IMG/VR virus record: IMGVR_UViG_3300016472_000940
Coordinates: 32,001-96,000 of that record
Reading direction: 5' to 3' (one strand)
Length of the DNA: 64,000 nt
Source of the DNA: a virus
Below, piece after piece: positions 48,071 to 56,176 of the stretch. The translations under genes and the position numbers were made by a program. A model generated the notes under the pieces. The model worked only from the letters and a program-made list of their open reading frames with translations. It was not told the origin of the DNA and ran no database searches. How positions within the stretch are numbered: the first letter of the stretch is position 1; the number at the start of each line of letters is the position of its first letter.

Positions 48071-48848
48071 CAGGTATTGAAATATCTGCCTTAGTTTCCA
48101 CTAATTGATATACCATTTTACCAAAATCAGAAATTTCTTTGTTTTTAAAGAAGAAATAATTTTTATCATATTTGTTGTTAGTAATTTTTAAAAAGTTTTT
48201 ATTGTTGACTTCTTGATATAAGCACTTAAATCCCGCATTTTTGAAGTTATTAACTGTATCTTTAGGCTCTTCTAAATACATGCTCATACTATCAACAAAT
48301 GCTTCCCATTGTTGTTGATTGTAGTCTTCCTGAACAAACCAGTCTATAATTAACACTCTGCCTCCTGGCTTTAATATACGCTTTAATTCTTTTAGTAATA
48401 AAGGCCTGTTATAAGAATGAGAATAAGACTCAGAAAACATAATAACATCAGCTGAATTATCTCTAAGTGTAGTTTTATGGTAATCCTCGTTTAAAAGTGT
48501 TATATTATTAAGATTATATTTTGATTTAATATATTTTAAATGCTCAGTGTTAGAATTAACAAGTGTAAAATTTATTTTTTTGTATTTTTTTGCAAAATCA
48601 AGGGTTGGTTTACCAATACCGCAACCAAAATCGTAAAATGTTTCTATACTATTATTTAAGTTTAATATATTCTCAATAAAAAAATTACACTCTTTATATG
48701 TCTTTCTAAATTTATATCCTTCAATTCTTTCTTTGGAATTACAGTTTTTACTAAGCCAAAAAGTAAATTTATCGTAAAAACTGTGCATTACTTTAAAATG
48801 TTTATCAGCTCTCACCTTTTTACTTAACTGGATAAATAAGTTTATCAA
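48042..48848 (-). CDS. class I SAM-dependent methyltransferase (sterol-MT-like)
   Basis: YDFGCGIG, DNSADVIMFSES.SH, RILKPGG; TTG start 6 nt after TATTAT. Confidence 0.9.
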   Translation of the reverse strand: MINLFIQLSKKVRADKHFKVMHSFYDKFTFWLSKNCNSKERIEGYKFRKTYKECNFFIENILNLNNSIETFYDFGCGIGKPTLDFAKKYKKINFTLVNSNTEHLKYIKSKYNLNNITLLNEDYHKTTLRDNSADVIMFSESYSHSYNRPLLLKELKRILKPGGRVLIIDWFVQEDYNQQQWEAFVDSMSMYLEEPKDTVNNFKNAGFKCLYQEVNNKNFLKITNNKYDKNYFFFKNKEISDFGKMVYQLVETKADISIPAIFLFQLQK

Positions 48849-48862
48849 TATAAGATAATAAA

Positions 48863-49267
48863 ATGTTTTTTAAGGTAAAGGTAGTTAAAGTTTCAAAAAA
48901 ACTTAAAAATGAAGATCTTATTGGCAGGGAATTCTTTTTGTTCTGTACCAAAAAAAAAGCCTACAAAATAGGCAAAAAGAATGAACAGTTTGATTTTGAA
49001 TATTTTATTCAAAATAATATATTGGTTGGAAAAAGCATCTGTACATGTACTGAAAAAGATTGCTTTATTACAAAAATACCTCTTAAAACTCTAGAAAAAA
49101 ATAAATTTTTAGTAAAATCTGTAATTTTAAAGCAACATGATAATGAAGCATCTCCGTATAAAATAAATGAATATGTAATATTGGAGTTTATAAAAGACAC
49201 TTCTATTAAAACAAAAAAAGATGCACTATTGTTATATTCAAAAAGTAAAATTAGGAAGGGTATATGA
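48863..49267 (+). CDS. hypothetical protein (likely paralog of 43612-44160)
   Basis: KDCF...NKFLVKSVIL; TGGATA-N16-TAAGAT 6 nt upstream. Confidence 0.65.
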   Translation: MFFKVKVVKVSKKLKNEDLIGREFFLFCTKKKAYKIGKKNEQFDFEYFIQNNILVGKSICTCTEKDCFITKIPLKTLEKNKFLVKSVILKQHDNEASPYKINEYVILEFIKDTSIKTKKDALLLYSKSKIRKGI

Positions 49268-49812
49268 AGAGCTTTTACGACGTAAAAGATTTTAATTTTT
49301 TAAATCTTTTTCAAAGCAATATTAAAAATATAATAAAAGAATATAAAGATATTGATCTGGTAAATGACTTAAAGAAGTATATTTATGTTAACAATAAAGA
49401 CGATGTTGCTAGTTTTAGATCTGTAGGGTCAGAAAAGAGTACATGGAAGACATTACCTATTTTTTGTGGTGTAAATAAAGAAATAGAAAAGCAAGCAGTA
49501 GAGCTTTTCCCCGAAACCTTAAAAATGATTTATACACTACAAAAGCATGTAACTATTAATGCGGCACAATTTTGCAAGCTTGACGGGTTAAGCTTTTTCC
49601 CCAGACATAAACATGATAAAGATAATTTTGTTATCTTTCACAATCTTCTCTTTGATCTTGATAGCACGTGTTTATATGAATCCGAGAACGAATACAAGAA
49701 GGTCAAGGATGTAGGCGATTATGTAATTTTTCCGCTTTCAAATATGCATTCAGTATATAATTTTAGCAAAAAGCCAAAAATAAGTTTTAGTGTAAGTTTT
49801 AAGGTTGATTAG
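49264..49812 (+). CDS. aspartyl/asparaginyl beta-hydroxylase-like cupin
   Basis: WKTLPIF, FPET, PRHKH, GDYVIF...MHSVYN.S. Confidence 0.8.
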   Translation: MKSFYDVKDFNFLNLFQSNIKNIIKEYKDIDLVNDLKKYIYVNNKDDVASFRSVGSEKSTWKTLPIFCGVNKEIEKQAVELFPETLKMIYTLQKHVTINAAQFCKLDGLSFFPRHKHDKDNFVIFHNLLFDLDSTCLYESENEYKKVKDVGDYVIFPLSNMHSVYNFSKKPKISFSVSFKVD

Positions 49813-50485
49813 TTTTTTGAAAGGATTGATATAGAAGATTAGCCCACTTGACACTACCCCGGCTTGACAAAACTGGGTAGTTAACATGAAGAATCAAGTG
49901 TATTCTTGGTTCACTTGAATTATTATAAACAACATGCTCATTACTTGTATCTAGTATTAACGCATTACCTGGTTTAAATGGAACTATACCGTACCCCTTC
50001 ATCTTAAATTCACAGCCTTGGGGGTTACTAAGTGCAATATTAATAGGTGCTAGTATCTTTTTAGGCATATCAGTATGCGGTAAAATGTAGCCACCTGGTT
50101 CTAAAAGCATAAATCGCACACGAAAAAATTTAGCGTTAAAAAAGGAGTTTTTTAAGAAAGATGTTGTTACCGGACATGCCTCACTTACTTCTGTCCATTT
50201 ATACGGTACTAAATTCTGGTCGATATTTTTATATTCTGGATAACTCGTGTAGTCATATATTTGATCGCTTGATAGCCCGTGAATACACAACGACTTCCAT
50301 CCCTTACTATTACTTTCCCTGTATTCTACGAACTTGCTCTTCAATGCATAGGCCTCCCTATACATTTCTTTATATGGAACCTTGAGATCTAGTTTTATCC
50401 ATGGCAGGCCACATTGAAAAATATACCAATCTAAGTTCTCACGCGTATCTAGGAAATTATTAATAGTGGATATATCGCGATCCAT
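49799..50485 (-). CDS. aspartyl/asparaginyl beta-hydroxylase-like 2OG-Fe(II) oxygenase
   Basis: GWKSLCIHG, CPVT, RVRFMLLEPGGYILPHTD, EHVVYN.S..PRIHLI; ATG 6 nt after TATAAT. Confidence 0.85.
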   Translation of the reverse strand: MDRDISTINNFLDTRENLDWYIFQCGLPWIKLDLKVPYKEMYREAYALKSKFVEYRESNSKGWKSLCIHGLSSDQIYDYTSYPEYKNIDQNLVPYKWTEVSEACPVTTSFLKNSFFNAKFFRVRFMLLEPGGYILPHTDMPKKILAPINIALSNPQGCEFKMKGYGIVPFKPGNALILDTSNEHVVYNNSSEPRIHLILHVNYPVLSSRGSVKWANLLYQSFQKTNQP

Positions 50486-50552
50486 ATGAATATTATAATC
50501 AATACTTTGCAAAAACAAGTTGAATATACATTTTTAAGTATATAATAAAGAC

Positions 50553-50885
50553 ATGATAGTGTTTTATTTGACCGGGTTAGGGGTAACGTTGACAGCATTA
50601 ACTATATGGTTTTTTGGCCCTCTTAAAGCAACCCTTGGTCAGATTTTTTTCGATAAAAATATATATACAAATGATCAATTTGAAACAGCAATGCTAGTCA
50701 AATACCCGTTATTAGGCAAATTATTAAGTTGCTATGTATGCTGTAGCTTTTGGCTGTCTTTTTTAATTGGTGTAGGTTTATTGTTAATTTTCAATCTTCC
50801 ATGCTATTTTCCTTTTTTGACGTGGTTTACGTATCCATGTATTGCTTATCTATATAAGTCGTTAGTAGACAGACGAGATCGCTAG
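50553..50885 (+). CDS. DUF1360-like membrane protein
   Basis: Three hydrophobic segments and LGKLLSCYVCCSFW. Confidence 0.6.
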   Translation: MIVFYLTGLGVTLTALTIWFFGPLKATLGQIFFDKNIYTNDQFETAMLVKYPLLGKLLSCYVCCSFWLSFLIGVGLLLIFNLPCYFPFLTWFTYPCIAYLYKSLVDRRDR

Positions 50886-50908
50886 TCAATTGATATAAAT
50901 ATATTATA

Positions 50909-51277
50909 ATGAAATTTGGTTGGCATCCAAAAATAGATAAATGGATTCCCGAGAGCTATGATGGTAATACGGAGAGAATTACCCAACCTTACGAATATTC
51001 TCCGCCTATTTCCGATTATGCGGGTAGCCAGTCATACGCTCCTAATGAAGGCGAAGAAATGAAAATAAAAATTACCGGTTTTGGAGATATGACAATAAAG
51101 CAAATTAAGGAAAAGATTGTTGAGATTTTAAATGATCTAGTTACTGCTGCGGAAAGTGATGAAGTAGCCGATGTACAGAAAATAGAGCACAATCTATTTG
51201 GCGCGCCAGAATTACAAAACCTTGTAAAAGAATATAGTAAGCATATAAAACTTTTGAAATCTCGCGAAACGCGTTGA
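50909..51277 (+). CDS. hypothetical late protein
   Basis: TATAAATA at 50894-50901, 7 nt upstream. Confidence 0.7.
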   Translation: MKFGWHPKIDKWIPESYDGNTERITQPYEYSPPISDYAGSQSYAPNEGEEMKIKITGFGDMTIKQIKEKIVEILNDLVTAAESDEVADVQKIEHNLFGAPELQNLVKEYSKHIKLLKSRETR

Positions 51278-51308
51278 TTTTAAATTAGTTAATCATAAAC
51301 ACTTTAAC

Positions 51309-51488
51309 ATGACCGGTAAGATAAAACAAAAGATTACTGCGGATTATGTTCTCGACGTTTATGCGGAATATAAGAAGAAAAAAGGCAAGGAAGCTGCAAT
51401 ACTTCTTGATACCGCAAAGATGTTGAGCAAGCATTTAAACGAGTGGCTTGTGGTGCCTGAAGAGATTTCGAAGTTAAAGAAAAAATAA
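51309..51488 (+). CDS. hypothetical basic protein (59 aa)
   Basis: MTGKIKQKITADYVLDVY...; fills gap, TTGATT upstream. Confidence 0.6.
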   Translation: MTGKIKQKITADYVLDVYAEYKKKKGKEAAILLDTAKMLSKHLNEWLVVPEEISKLKKK

Positions 51489-51522
51489 GCTTGATTCTAC
51501 ATTATTATTCATAAAATTAGGA

Positions 51523-51969
51523 ATGGATAAACTATACCTATCGTGGAATGAAATTAACAAGAGCTTACTAGAAATACATGAGCAGACTAAGAATTTAAGT
51601 GGTAATGCAGCAATTATAGGTCTTACAAGAGGCGGTCTTTGCCCGGCTGTATTATTTTCACATATTAAGAATATAAAAGATTTTTATACATGCGGAATCA
51701 GAAGCTACGACAATCAAAATAAAGCCGCTGAAACTATGTTTCAATATCCCGATAAGCATGCACTTAAGCATAAGGAGGTTGTATATGTCATTGATGATAT
51801 ATGCGATACCGGTGGTACACTTAAGTTTCTAGAAAATTATCTCTTGCCTATTAAACCTATTTCAATTACACTTGTATATCGGACAAATGAAGGCTATAGA
51901 CCGAATTATTTTGGTACAGAACTTTCGGACGAAAGATGGGTTGTTTTTCCCTGGGAAGAGACTAAATAA
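51523..51969 (+). CDS. type I phosphoribosyltransferase (xanthine-guanine PRT-like)
   Basis: IIGLTRGGLCPA, VIDDICDTGGT, WVVFPWE. Confidence 0.9.
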   Translation: MDKLYLSWNEINKSLLEIHEQTKNLSGNAAIIGLTRGGLCPAVLFSHIKNIKDFYTCGIRSYDNQNKAAETMFQYPDKHALKHKEVVYVIDDICDTGGTLKFLENYLLPIKPISITLVYRTNEGYRPNYFGTELSDERWVVFPWEETK

Positions 51970-51986
51970 CTCACCTACTAGTAACA

Positions 51987-52017
51987 TAGTTTTAACGCAG
52001 CCAGTTTGCTGCAACTA
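51987..52017 (+). promoter_or_regulatory. stem-loop (terminator or structured leader) before 3D-domain gene
   Basis: GCAGC-cagttt-GCTGC, extendable by TAGTT/AACTA, followed by ATCTTTTT-ATG. Confidence 0.45.
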
Positions 52018-52025
52018 ATCTTTTT

Positions 52026-52592
52026 ATGAAAACAAACAAAAAAATACACAAGCTAGGAGCAATCATTATATGCATAATCCTTTCGACAGTATCTGTTTGC
52101 TATACAGATTTTGTTGATCGGAAGCTTACCGTAAAGGATGTAAGGGCAGATTTGAAAAGCCTGCCACCGCAAGAAGAAAAAAAGATAGCTAAAGAGATAA
52201 AAATTAAAAATAACGGAATAGTGTATAAAGATGAATTTATACCAAAAACAAATAATAGCGGATTTCGTATTATGACTGTTCGCCTAACCGTATATTGGGC
52301 TAGGGGCGGTGAAACTGACTATTACAGCTCAAAAAAGAAGAGTTCAACCGGTTATACACTTAAACAAGGTGAGTCTATTGCTGTTGATCCAAAGATTATT
52401 CCTTACCGTAAAGAAGTAATTATTCCTAATGTTGGTTTAGTAAAAGCAGTAGACACGGGTACAGCTGTTGTTGCAAAAAGCGCTTCAGATGGAAAATTAC
52501 CTGTTATAGATGTGTTTTTTGAGCATAAAAAAGACGCTATATTGTTTGCTAATAGATATCCCAAGGTTGTTAAGGTCGCGGTGTTGAACTAA
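52026..52592 (+). CDS. 3D (MltA-like) domain protein with N-terminal signal/anchor
   Basis: RLTVYW, STG, IAVDPKIIPY, AVDTG, VIDVFF; hydrophobic N-terminus. Confidence 0.85.
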   Translation: MKTNKKIHKLGAIIICIILSTVSVCYTDFVDRKLTVKDVRADLKSLPPQEEKKIAKEIKIKNNGIVYKDEFIPKTNNSGFRIMTVRLTVYWARGGETDYYSSKKKSSTGYTLKQGESIAVDPKIIPYRKEVIIPNVGLVKAVDTGTAVVAKSASDGKLPVIDVFFEHKKDAILFANRYPKVVKVAVLN

Positions 52593-52599
52593 ATAATAG

Positions 52600-53094
52600 G
52601 TGAAATTCAATAATCTCGTCAAAAAGATATTAGAACAAGCAGATATACCACCAGCACACATACAACAGTATGATCTTTCAGAAAGAGATAAAAACATACT
52701 CGCTACTTTACTGGTAAAAGAAGCTGGTGGTGAAAAAGATTATGTTGCAGGTATGGCTGGTGTGATGAATGTCATTTACAACCGAGCTAGAGGAAATCCA
52801 AGAGATTTTGTACGTGAAGCAACAAGAAAATTACAGTTTAGTGCGTTTAATGCTATAAAGACCCCACAACAAATGGATCAACTAATAGCTGTAACGAAAA
52901 ACCACCAAGCGTTTAATGCAGCAAGGCAGATGGTTCAAAGAGCTATACAGGGCAAATTACAAGACATAACATCTAAATCTACCCATTATTATGCGGCTTC
53001 CGGGCCAAATAAAATATCGGCTCCGCGATGGGCCGATCCCACCAAGAAAACTAATAAAATTGGTCACCATCAATTTTATTCAGGTATAAAATAA
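52600..53094 (+). CDS. SleB/Hydrolase_2 cell wall hydrolase
   Basis: EAGGE, VMNVIYNR, QFSAFN, DIT..STHYY, PRWA, IGHHQFY. Confidence 0.9.
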   Translation: MKFNNLVKKILEQADIPPAHIQQYDLSERDKNILATLLVKEAGGEKDYVAGMAGVMNVIYNRARGNPRDFVREATRKLQFSAFNAIKTPQQMDQLIAVTKNHQAFNAARQMVQRAIQGKLQDITSKSTHYYAASGPNKISAPRWADPTKKTNKIGHHQFYSGIK

Positions 53095-53301
53095 TTATTT
53101 CTTCTTTTTCTTTTTGCGTGGTAGAGTTACAAGAACGGGTTGACCTGGGTTAGGCGCAATACCTGGTAGATTAGCGCCCTTAAAACCAGTCGGGCTAGCG
53201 CCGCGAAAATCAATATTAGGCCCCGACCCCGCAACGTGCTTTACGCTAGGAAATACATTAAAATCTTCTAGCAATTTCGATACATACGTATCAAACTTCA
53301 T
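53095..53301 (-). CDS. small protein with basic tail
   Basis: MKFDTYVSKLLED...RKKKKKK; ATGA-coupled. Confidence 0.65.
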   Translation of the reverse strand: MKFDTYVSKLLEDFNVFPSVKHVAGSGPNIDFRGASPTGFKGANLPGIAPNPGQPVLVTLPRKKKKKK

Positions 53302-54458
53302 ATTTTAATAATCTTGTTTATTACTAACGATGGCTGCATATTATTGTGCGGCTGACCACCACCTGTAGTCAGCGTATTGTACGGTCTAGTATTACCCGCA
53401 TTACCACCGCTTTCAGTAGAACCATAAGAATCAATACTACCGGGTGTAGAGTTATCTCTCGGAATGACGTGATCATGGCTAGGTATTTGTGCTACTGTTA
53501 GAGTATGGGTTTCCGCACCTACCTGGTCACCTCTCGTACGCACACTTAACCCTGGCCCTTGTCCTGCGCCAACAGCCGCCCTACCTCTAAAATCTGGCAA
53601 GTTAAATGTTGAACCACCGTCACCAGAACCATACGCTGTTCCAATTATTGCAAATAATGCAGAGTATGTAGCTCTGCTTACTGCACTGCCATCACATAAC
53701 AAATATCCTGTAGGTATATTTGTATTTGAACCAGCGTAATCAAAAATAGTTCCTGTCGGTATGGTGGTGCTACTACCACCTCCGCTGCCACCGCCGCTAG
53801 TTCCGCCGCCTAATTGTGCATTAATAAGAGTAGCAAGTGTTGATATGGGAATGTCTGTTGGGGTGCTTGCAACGTTAAGACAACCTTTAATTGTATTTGG
53901 TGCCATCACAGCTAGCTTAGAATTCTGTACACCTGCGTTTGTTATACCGAGAGCATTGTCAGTAAAGGTCAGCTCCGGTGATGGCGAAGCAATACGTAAA
54001 ACTTGATTTGAGCTAATTCTTTCTAAACCACGACCAATGGTGGTGCTTGTTAAATACCGGGCGTTAAGAGAATTTTCCTTTACAGAAATAGATGTGCCTA
54101 CACGCTGTATGGTTGCATTATCTGCTGTAATGTTAATACCTACAGGTCGGTAATTTGCAACGAGAGTATAATCAGATGCAGTCAACGTATAAAGAATATT
54201 CGATGTATTATCAAATACAAAATCATTAATAGCCGGGGCATTTGTCGCCGGTACATTCGATGCTATGCCGCTAAACGAGGTAAACCCTAAAAACTTTAAG
54301 CCTACCGGGACCCCGCCCATTGTTGAACCGTCGCCTATATATAACCGGCTCGAATCGATTGCAAAGCCTGGTTCCGCCTGTAAAAGTAACACACCGCTTC
54401 GCTCTTGCTCTGTCCCGCGTCTAATTATAATTCTTGTAATTGGTTCTGGATTAGGCAT
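53298..54458 (-). CDS. tail collar domain fibre protein
   Basis: RRGT..E...EPGF..D..RLYIGDG N-terminus; PTGYLLCDGSAVSR.TY..LF..IGT.YG.GDG.STFNLPD.RGR. Confidence 0.9.
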   Translation of the reverse strand: MPNPEPITRIIIRRGTEQERSGVLLLQAEPGFAIDSSRLYIGDGSTMGGVPVGLKFLGFTSFSGIASNVPATNAPAINDFVFDNTSNILYTLTASDYTLVANYRPVGINITADNATIQRVGTSISVKENSLNARYLTSTTIGRGLERISSNQVLRIASPSPELTFTDNALGITNAGVQNSKLAVMAPNTIKGCLNVASTPTDIPISTLATLINAQLGGGTSGGGSGGGSSTTIPTGTIFDYAGSNTNIPTGYLLCDGSAVSRATYSALFAIIGTAYGSGDGGSTFNLPDFRGRAAVGAGQGPGLSVRTRGDQVGAETHTLTVAQIPSHDHVIPRDNSTPGSIDSYGSTESGGNAGNTRPYNTLTTGGGQPHNNMQPSLVINKIIKI

Positions 54459-54480
54459 AATCTATTATATATTTAGTAAT

Positions 54481-54508
54481 TTGATTTATTTACAGGTGTA
54501 TTTATAAT
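54481..54508 (+). promoter_or_regulatory. sigma70-type promoter
   Basis: TTGATT-N16-TATAAT, 8 nt to ATG 54517. Confidence 0.65.
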
Positions 54509-54516
54509 AGCAATAT

Positions 54517-55017
54517 ATGCCTAAGTTTACTGTTAATTGTATTGTTACAAATAGAGAAAAATCGCTAACTGGGACAACACTTCAGAGAAGAATCAACAAG
54601 TTTGGGTCTGAAGAAATGGTACAAAAATATTATGTTGATAAAGATGCGGCTAAACTCCTTAAAAAGGGGTTTACAGTTGAAGAAGTAAGAGAAAAACTTA
54701 ATATTAAAGGATTTAATAAAAAAGTAGATATAGAAGTTCTATATAAATTAAAGCTATACAAAAAGAATAAAAAACGTGTTTTAACACCAGAGGAATTAGA
54801 GACAAAAAGGGTATTAACAGAGGAAAATGAACGTAAATATTATGAACTTCAAGAAAAATTAAAAACGTGTAGTAAGTCGTGGGTTGAATGGGCTACTGGT
54901 AATGATACGTGTATAAGACCGGATATCTATTATGATTATGAGCATAACGCGGATGGTCGGTGTAAACCTTGCCCCTATCATGAACATTGTTTATGTAAAA
55001 ATAAGGAAGTCGTTTGA
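54517..55017 (+). CDS. hypothetical protein with C-terminal Cys cluster
   Basis: CIRPD...CKPCPYHEHCLC; N-terminal domain paralogous to next gene. Confidence 0.7.
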   Translation: MPKFTVNCIVTNREKSLTGTTLQRRINKFGSEEMVQKYYVDKDAAKLLKKGFTVEEVREKLNIKGFNKKVDIEVLYKLKLYKKNKKRVLTPEELETKRVLTEENERKYYELQEKLKTCSKSWVEWATGNDTCIRPDIYYDYEHNADGRCKPCPYHEHCLCKNKEVV

Positions 55018-55355
55018 AAACAAAGAAACTTAGATGTATTATAACAGGTAGAGTATTAACCGCGACCGCGGATTACTATGCCAAAAAGCTAGAAAAAGCT
55101 GGTACAGAAAAAGAACTACACCGCACGTATATTTGTAAAGAAGCTAAAGACTTACTTGTTAAAGGGTATACCATAGAAAATATCCGTCAACAGTTAGGTA
55201 CTGAAGGTGAGATAGCAGATGTACCGGCTGATATTGTTAAGGAGCTGACAACAAATGAATACGGTTTACAGAGAAATACAATGTTTTCAGAAATTACATC
55301 ATTTACACACAAAGACACGGATCCTGAGGTGTTAGATTTTATAAATAATCTATAA
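55014..55355 (+). CDS. hypothetical protein (paralog of upstream gene)
   Basis: CIITGR...K.GTE.....YICKEAKDLL.KGYT.E.IR..L. Confidence 0.7.
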   Translation: MKTKKLRCIITGRVLTATADYYAKKLEKAGTEKELHRTYICKEAKDLLVKGYTIENIRQQLGTEGEIADVPADIVKELTTNEYGLQRNTMFSEITSFTHKDTDPEVLDFINNL

Positions 55356-55588
55356 TGTTTGTAAGTGGTGAAAAGATTTACACGGTTATAGCATCAGGAA
55401 ATACGTTAAAATGCGTTGATGCAGCTACAGGCATGCAGCACAACACACATAGATTTGACGGAACAATAGTTTCTGGTCCAATTGTCACTGGTGACAGAGT
55501 TACTGTTGTTATTCGCCGCGGAGATACAAATTACGGTATAGTTTTCAAGCTTCCTTCCTTCCTACAAACTTCTACTTTTCGAGGATAA
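55355..55588 (+). CDS. small beta-rich protein (PQQ-like blade)
   Basis: LKCVDAATG...IVSGPIVTGDRV. Confidence 0.6.
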   Translation: MFVSGEKIYTVIASGNTLKCVDAATGMQHNTHRFDGTIVSGPIVTGDRVTVVIRRGDTNYGIVFKLPSFLQTSTFRG

Positions 55589-55626
55589 TTCCTGGATATT
55601 TAAAAAACATTTCATATTATGTACTC

Positions 55627-56118
55627 ATGGAGATGATATTAAATCCTGAGTTGTCCGAGCAAAGTGTAAGTGAAGCGTATCGAGTATTAGATGATACTTT
55701 TCATTATGGTTATTTTTATGGGTTTAATATAAAAAACAAATATGATGAGGAAAGATTGGCAATCAGTAATTATTCTGGTGCGAAAAGAATTTACTTTGAA
55801 ACTAATAACAAACCATACAACCTATATGGGTTGTTAGATGAAAATCCTATCAATGATATGCTTGTAAGGCAATTAGATAAGACACCACCTGCTTCAATTG
55901 GTGAATATAATTCTAAGCTTACTTTAAGCGGGTTAACATGCTTCACATGCTTTCTACATTTTAGTCCTGGGCTTTATCCTATAGACAGCTGTTATGCGGA
56001 GAAGTTTTTTCCAGGCGTAGATATTTCCATTTTTAATAGCAATAAAAAAATATCGAAGTTTCAGCGCATGGGTCATATTTATCTTTTCGCTCTTGTAAAT
56101 CATAAGAGAAAAAAATAA
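55627..56118 (+). CDS. hypothetical protein
   Basis: TGGATA-N16-TATTAT 6 nt upstream. Confidence 0.7.
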   Translation: MEMILNPELSEQSVSEAYRVLDDTFHYGYFYGFNIKNKYDEERLAISNYSGAKRIYFETNNKPYNLYGLLDENPINDMLVRQLDKTPPASIGEYNSKLTLSGLTCFTCFLHFSPGLYPIDSCYAEKFFPGVDISIFNSNKKISKFQRMGHIYLFALVNHKRKK

Positions 56119-56176
56119 AGTTTCCTCGTAGGAAATACTTTATTTTTCAAATATAAATATAAAATTAAAATAAGAA

